Assembly (NCBI GenBank): GCA_009838915.1
Contig: VXQT01000013.1
Location: 315,161 to 379,160 of the forward strand
Length of the DNA stretch: 64,000 nt
Direction: 5' to 3'
DNA from: Chloroflexota bacterium
GTDB taxonomy: Bacteria; Chloroflexota; Dehalococcoidia; Bin125
The notes below the pieces were generated by a model. That model was given only the letters and a program-made list of their open reading frames with translations, made no database searches and was not told the origin of the DNA. Below, one piece after another: positions 61,873 through 64,000 of this stretch (its first letter is position 1; every line of letters starts with the position of its first letter). The position numbers and the translations under genes were made by a program.

Positions 61873-62991
61873 ATGCGCCATCTGTCATCGCTTCCCGCCG
61901 CAATCGTCTCCGCCGTGCTCGCGGCGGCGATCACGGCGGGAGTCATGCTCTCAGTAAGCGGAGGCGCCGCCCAACCTGACGGCGGTCATGATGGCGGACC
62001 GCGCAATATCGCGCTCCCTACTCCCGAGTTGGAGACCGTGCAGCCTACGCCTAAGGTCCCGATTGAGCCCGGGGAGCCCCTGCTGGAACCTGGTTTCGCA
62101 GCGGCTGACTGGTCGCAGGCCTATGCAATCGCCGTGCCCTCTCTGGTCACGGTGGTCACCGACGACGGCAGCGGTTCCGGATTCTTCGTCAGCGACGACG
62201 GTCATGTCATGACAAACTTGCACGTGCTTGGCGAGAACGAACGGGTGGTGATCATCACGCAAGACGGCAGCAGGGTCGAGGGTGAGTTGGTTGCGCGCGA
62301 TATCGGCAACGACTTGGCGCTGATCAAGATTGATCCTGACGGCATCGAAGTCGTCTTGCCGTCCTACGGCTCGCTGGACGACCTGCGCATCGGCGACCCC
62401 GTCGGTGCGCTCGGCGCGCCCTACGCGCTGCCGAACACCTTGACCGTAGGCATCGTCTCGGGCCTGGGCCGTCTGCGACAGAGCGGCAATCGCACGACTG
62501 AGCCGCTGCGCAACACGATCCAGACCGACGCCGCGCTCAATCCCGGCAACTCGGGAGGAATGCTGATTGACGCCCGCGGACGGGTCGTAGGAATCCCCAC
62601 GCAGATCGAGACTCCCGATCAGACGTGGAGTGGGATCGGATTCGCGGTCAGTGCCGACGCCATGCTGCGCTCGTTGCCCACCATGTTGACCGGGGAGGAT
62701 GCCGAGCGCAGTTATCTGGGCGTCTCGTTCGACACAAGCGACGGGGGACTCGCGGTTGCGGACGTGATCTGCGACTCTCCGGCCGACGAGGCCGGCTTGC
62801 GGGATGGAGACGTAGTGCTCGCGATCAATGACGAAGAGGCCGTAACACTCGACCAGCTCATGGAGCGAATGGCGTCGCTGATCCCGGGTGACGACCTTAC
62901 GATCACGGTGCGGCGCGGCGCGAGGAGTCTCACCTTGAACGCGACCGCAGGCAATTGGCCGGCGACGCTGGCAGGGAGTGGATGCGGCTAG
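61873..62991 (+). CDS. htrA: HtrA/DegP-family trypsin-like serine protease with C-terminal PDZ domain
   Basis: ...TNLHV..., ...DLALIKI..., ...GNSGGMLID... catalytic triad context, and PDZ ...GLRDGDVVLAINDEEA.... Start reassigned to MRHLSSLPA (ATG 61873). Confidence 0.88.
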   Translation: MRHLSSLPAAIVSAVLAAAITAGVMLSVSGGAAQPDGGHDGGPRNIALPTPELETVQPTPKVPIEPGEPLLEPGFAAADWSQAYAIAVPSLVTVVTDDGSGSGFFVSDDGHVMTNLHVLGENERVVIITQDGSRVEGELVARDIGNDLALIKIDPDGIEVVLPSYGSLDDLRIGDPVGALGAPYALPNTLTVGIVSGLGRLRQSGNRTTEPLRNTIQTDAALNPGNSGGMLIDARGRVVGIPTQIETPDQTWSGIGFAVSADAMLRSLPTMLTGEDAERSYLGVSFDTSDGGLAVADVICDSPADEAGLRDGDVVLAINDEEAVTLDQLMERMASLIPGDDLTITVRRGARSLTLNATAGNWPATLAGSGCG

Positions 62992-63003
62992 CGCCCAATC
63001 CAC

Positions 63004-64000
63004 TCACTCGCCCACTCGCCTGGCCAGGGGCGTGGCGAGCATGAGTACCGCACAGATCACCAGGCAGACGCCCATCGTTAGCAGTCCAGCCCTCGCACCG
63101 AGCAGGTCCGCCAGTCCACCGGTTACCAGCGCTCCGACGAGGATCATGCCACGCGCGATGTTCATCAGGCTCAGCGCGCGGCCGGCCATGCCCTCGGTCG
63201 TCTGCGCGAGCAATGTCAAGTTGGCCAAGGACATCACATTGGTCGAGCAGGCCGCAGCGACGAAGACACAGATCGCGACAACCACAAGGTGCGGCGCACC
63301 CGACATTCCCGCTAGCACCACGCCGGCCGCAATCAGTAGCACCGCCATCAGTCGCCCGGGAGCCGGGATCGTGCGCCAGCCGGCCAGGAGCAGTGAGCCG
63401 GCCGCCGCGCCGGCGCCTCCCACCGCGATCAGGTACCCAACCCAGGAGCGCGGTTCGCCGAGCACGTCGATCACCATCAGCGGCACGAAGACGCTCTGGT
63501 AGGGCACAAGGAAGATGAACATGACCACCGAGATCGCAAGCACCGCCAGTGGCCAGCGGGTCTCGAACGCCCAGCGCACCCCGCCCAACGTCTGGCGCAC
63601 CAATGAACCGCCCGCGCGGCCGGCTGCGGCTCCGGCTTCCCCGCGTGTGCGGATCATGGCGCTGCACACCACTGCGCCGACGTAGATGGCGGTCATCGCT
63701 CCGTAGATCCAGACGAAGTCGGCTATGGCCAGCAGCACGCCGGCCAGCAGCGCGCCGCCGATGCGCATCACCGTGTTGGCCGTCTGGGAGAGCGCCACGG
63801 CCGGTCGCAGGGATGCTGCCGGGACCATCGAGGGCAGTATCGCCTGCCGAGCCGGCTGGAAGAAGGCGATGTTCACGCCCGCCGCCGCCGCGAGCGCAAT
63901 CACATGCCAGGCTTCGGCGAGATCGAACAGCAACAGCACGAACAGCGCTCCGGCTGCCGCGACGTTGCCCGCCTGCGAGAGCACGAGGATGGAGCGGCGC
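63004..64000 (-). CDS. MFS transporter, partial (N-terminus beyond window edge)
   Basis: TM-rich MFS-like sequence. The frame stays open to the window end. Confidence 0.7.
   Translation of the reverse strand, partial: RRSILVLSQAGNVAAAGALFVLLLFDLAEAWHVIALAAAAGVNIAFFQPARQAILPSMVPAASLRPAVALSQTANTVMRIGGALLAGVLLAIADFVWIYGAMTAIYVGAVVCSAMIRTRGEAGAAAGRAGGSLVRQTLGGVRWAFETRWPLAVLAISVVMFIFLVPYQSVFVPLMVIDVLGEPRSWVGYLIAVGGAGAAAGSLLLAGWRTIPAPGRLMAVLLIAAGVVLAGMSGAPHLVVVAICVFVAAACSTNVMSLANLTLLAQTTEGMAGRALSLMNIARGMILVGALVTGGLADLLGARAGLLTMGVCLVICAVLMLATPLARRVGE

Overview
High-GC (~68%) bacterial chromosomal window, Actinobacteria- or Thermomicrobia-like. Supporting traits are GGAGG-type ribosome-binding sites, frequent GTG/TTG starts, F420/LLM-type oxidoreductases, a Tat signal, a MazG with an N-terminal extension, and an FmdB zinc ribbon. 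I call about 55 protein genes, 5 tRNAs (an isolated tRNA-Arg(CCT) and a Trp-Leu-Gly-Cys cluster), and a duplicated GC-rich double-hairpin element that sits after two genes in the same transcriptional orientation.

Content is mostly metabolic. Housekeeping anchors are ppc, HU, pcrA/uvrD, mazG, pncA-pncB, a siroheme sulfite/nitrite reductase, a TrmH-like methyltransferase, gltB (large subunit only), a HemL-like aminotransferase and HtrA. A dense acyl-CoA catabolic mosaic surrounds these: two acyl-CoA dehydrogenases, three family-III (CaiB/BaiF) CoA-transferases of which one is a fused twin-domain 826-aa protein, two SCP-x-type thiolase + DUF35 pairs in opposite gene order, an enoyl-CoA hydratase, an SDR, a flavin reductase, two LLM monooxygenases, a tandem EthD protein, a fumarate-lyase-family enzyme, an HpcH aldolase, an Ldh2-family and two D-2-hydroxyacid dehydrogenases, plus MarR-MFS modules.

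I found no CRISPR array, transposase/integrase or recognisable defense system.

The most unusual items are:
- the duplicated terminator-like double-hairpin repeat;
- the twin CoA-transferase;
- a secreted protein made of three tandem sCache_2 domains;
- a membrane double-zinc-ribbon protein translationally coupled to an alpha/beta hydrolase;
- a HEAT-repeat/SpoU methyltransferase fusion coupled to a Tat-secreted RlpA-like protein;
- an LLM monooxygenase with a ~90-aa charged C-terminal tail;
- a standalone Pta-N-terminal-like (BioD/DRTGG) protein;
- a small membrane-protein ORF in a 518-bp divergent intergenic region.

Many long ORFs in the supplied track are GC-driven antisense or out-of-frame artefacts and were rejected. 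One check against the track disagreed by 1 nt (the sir start), so features I placed by hand-counting (tRNAs, repeats, hairpins) may be off by 1-2 nt. True CDS starts were reassigned by hand where stated.
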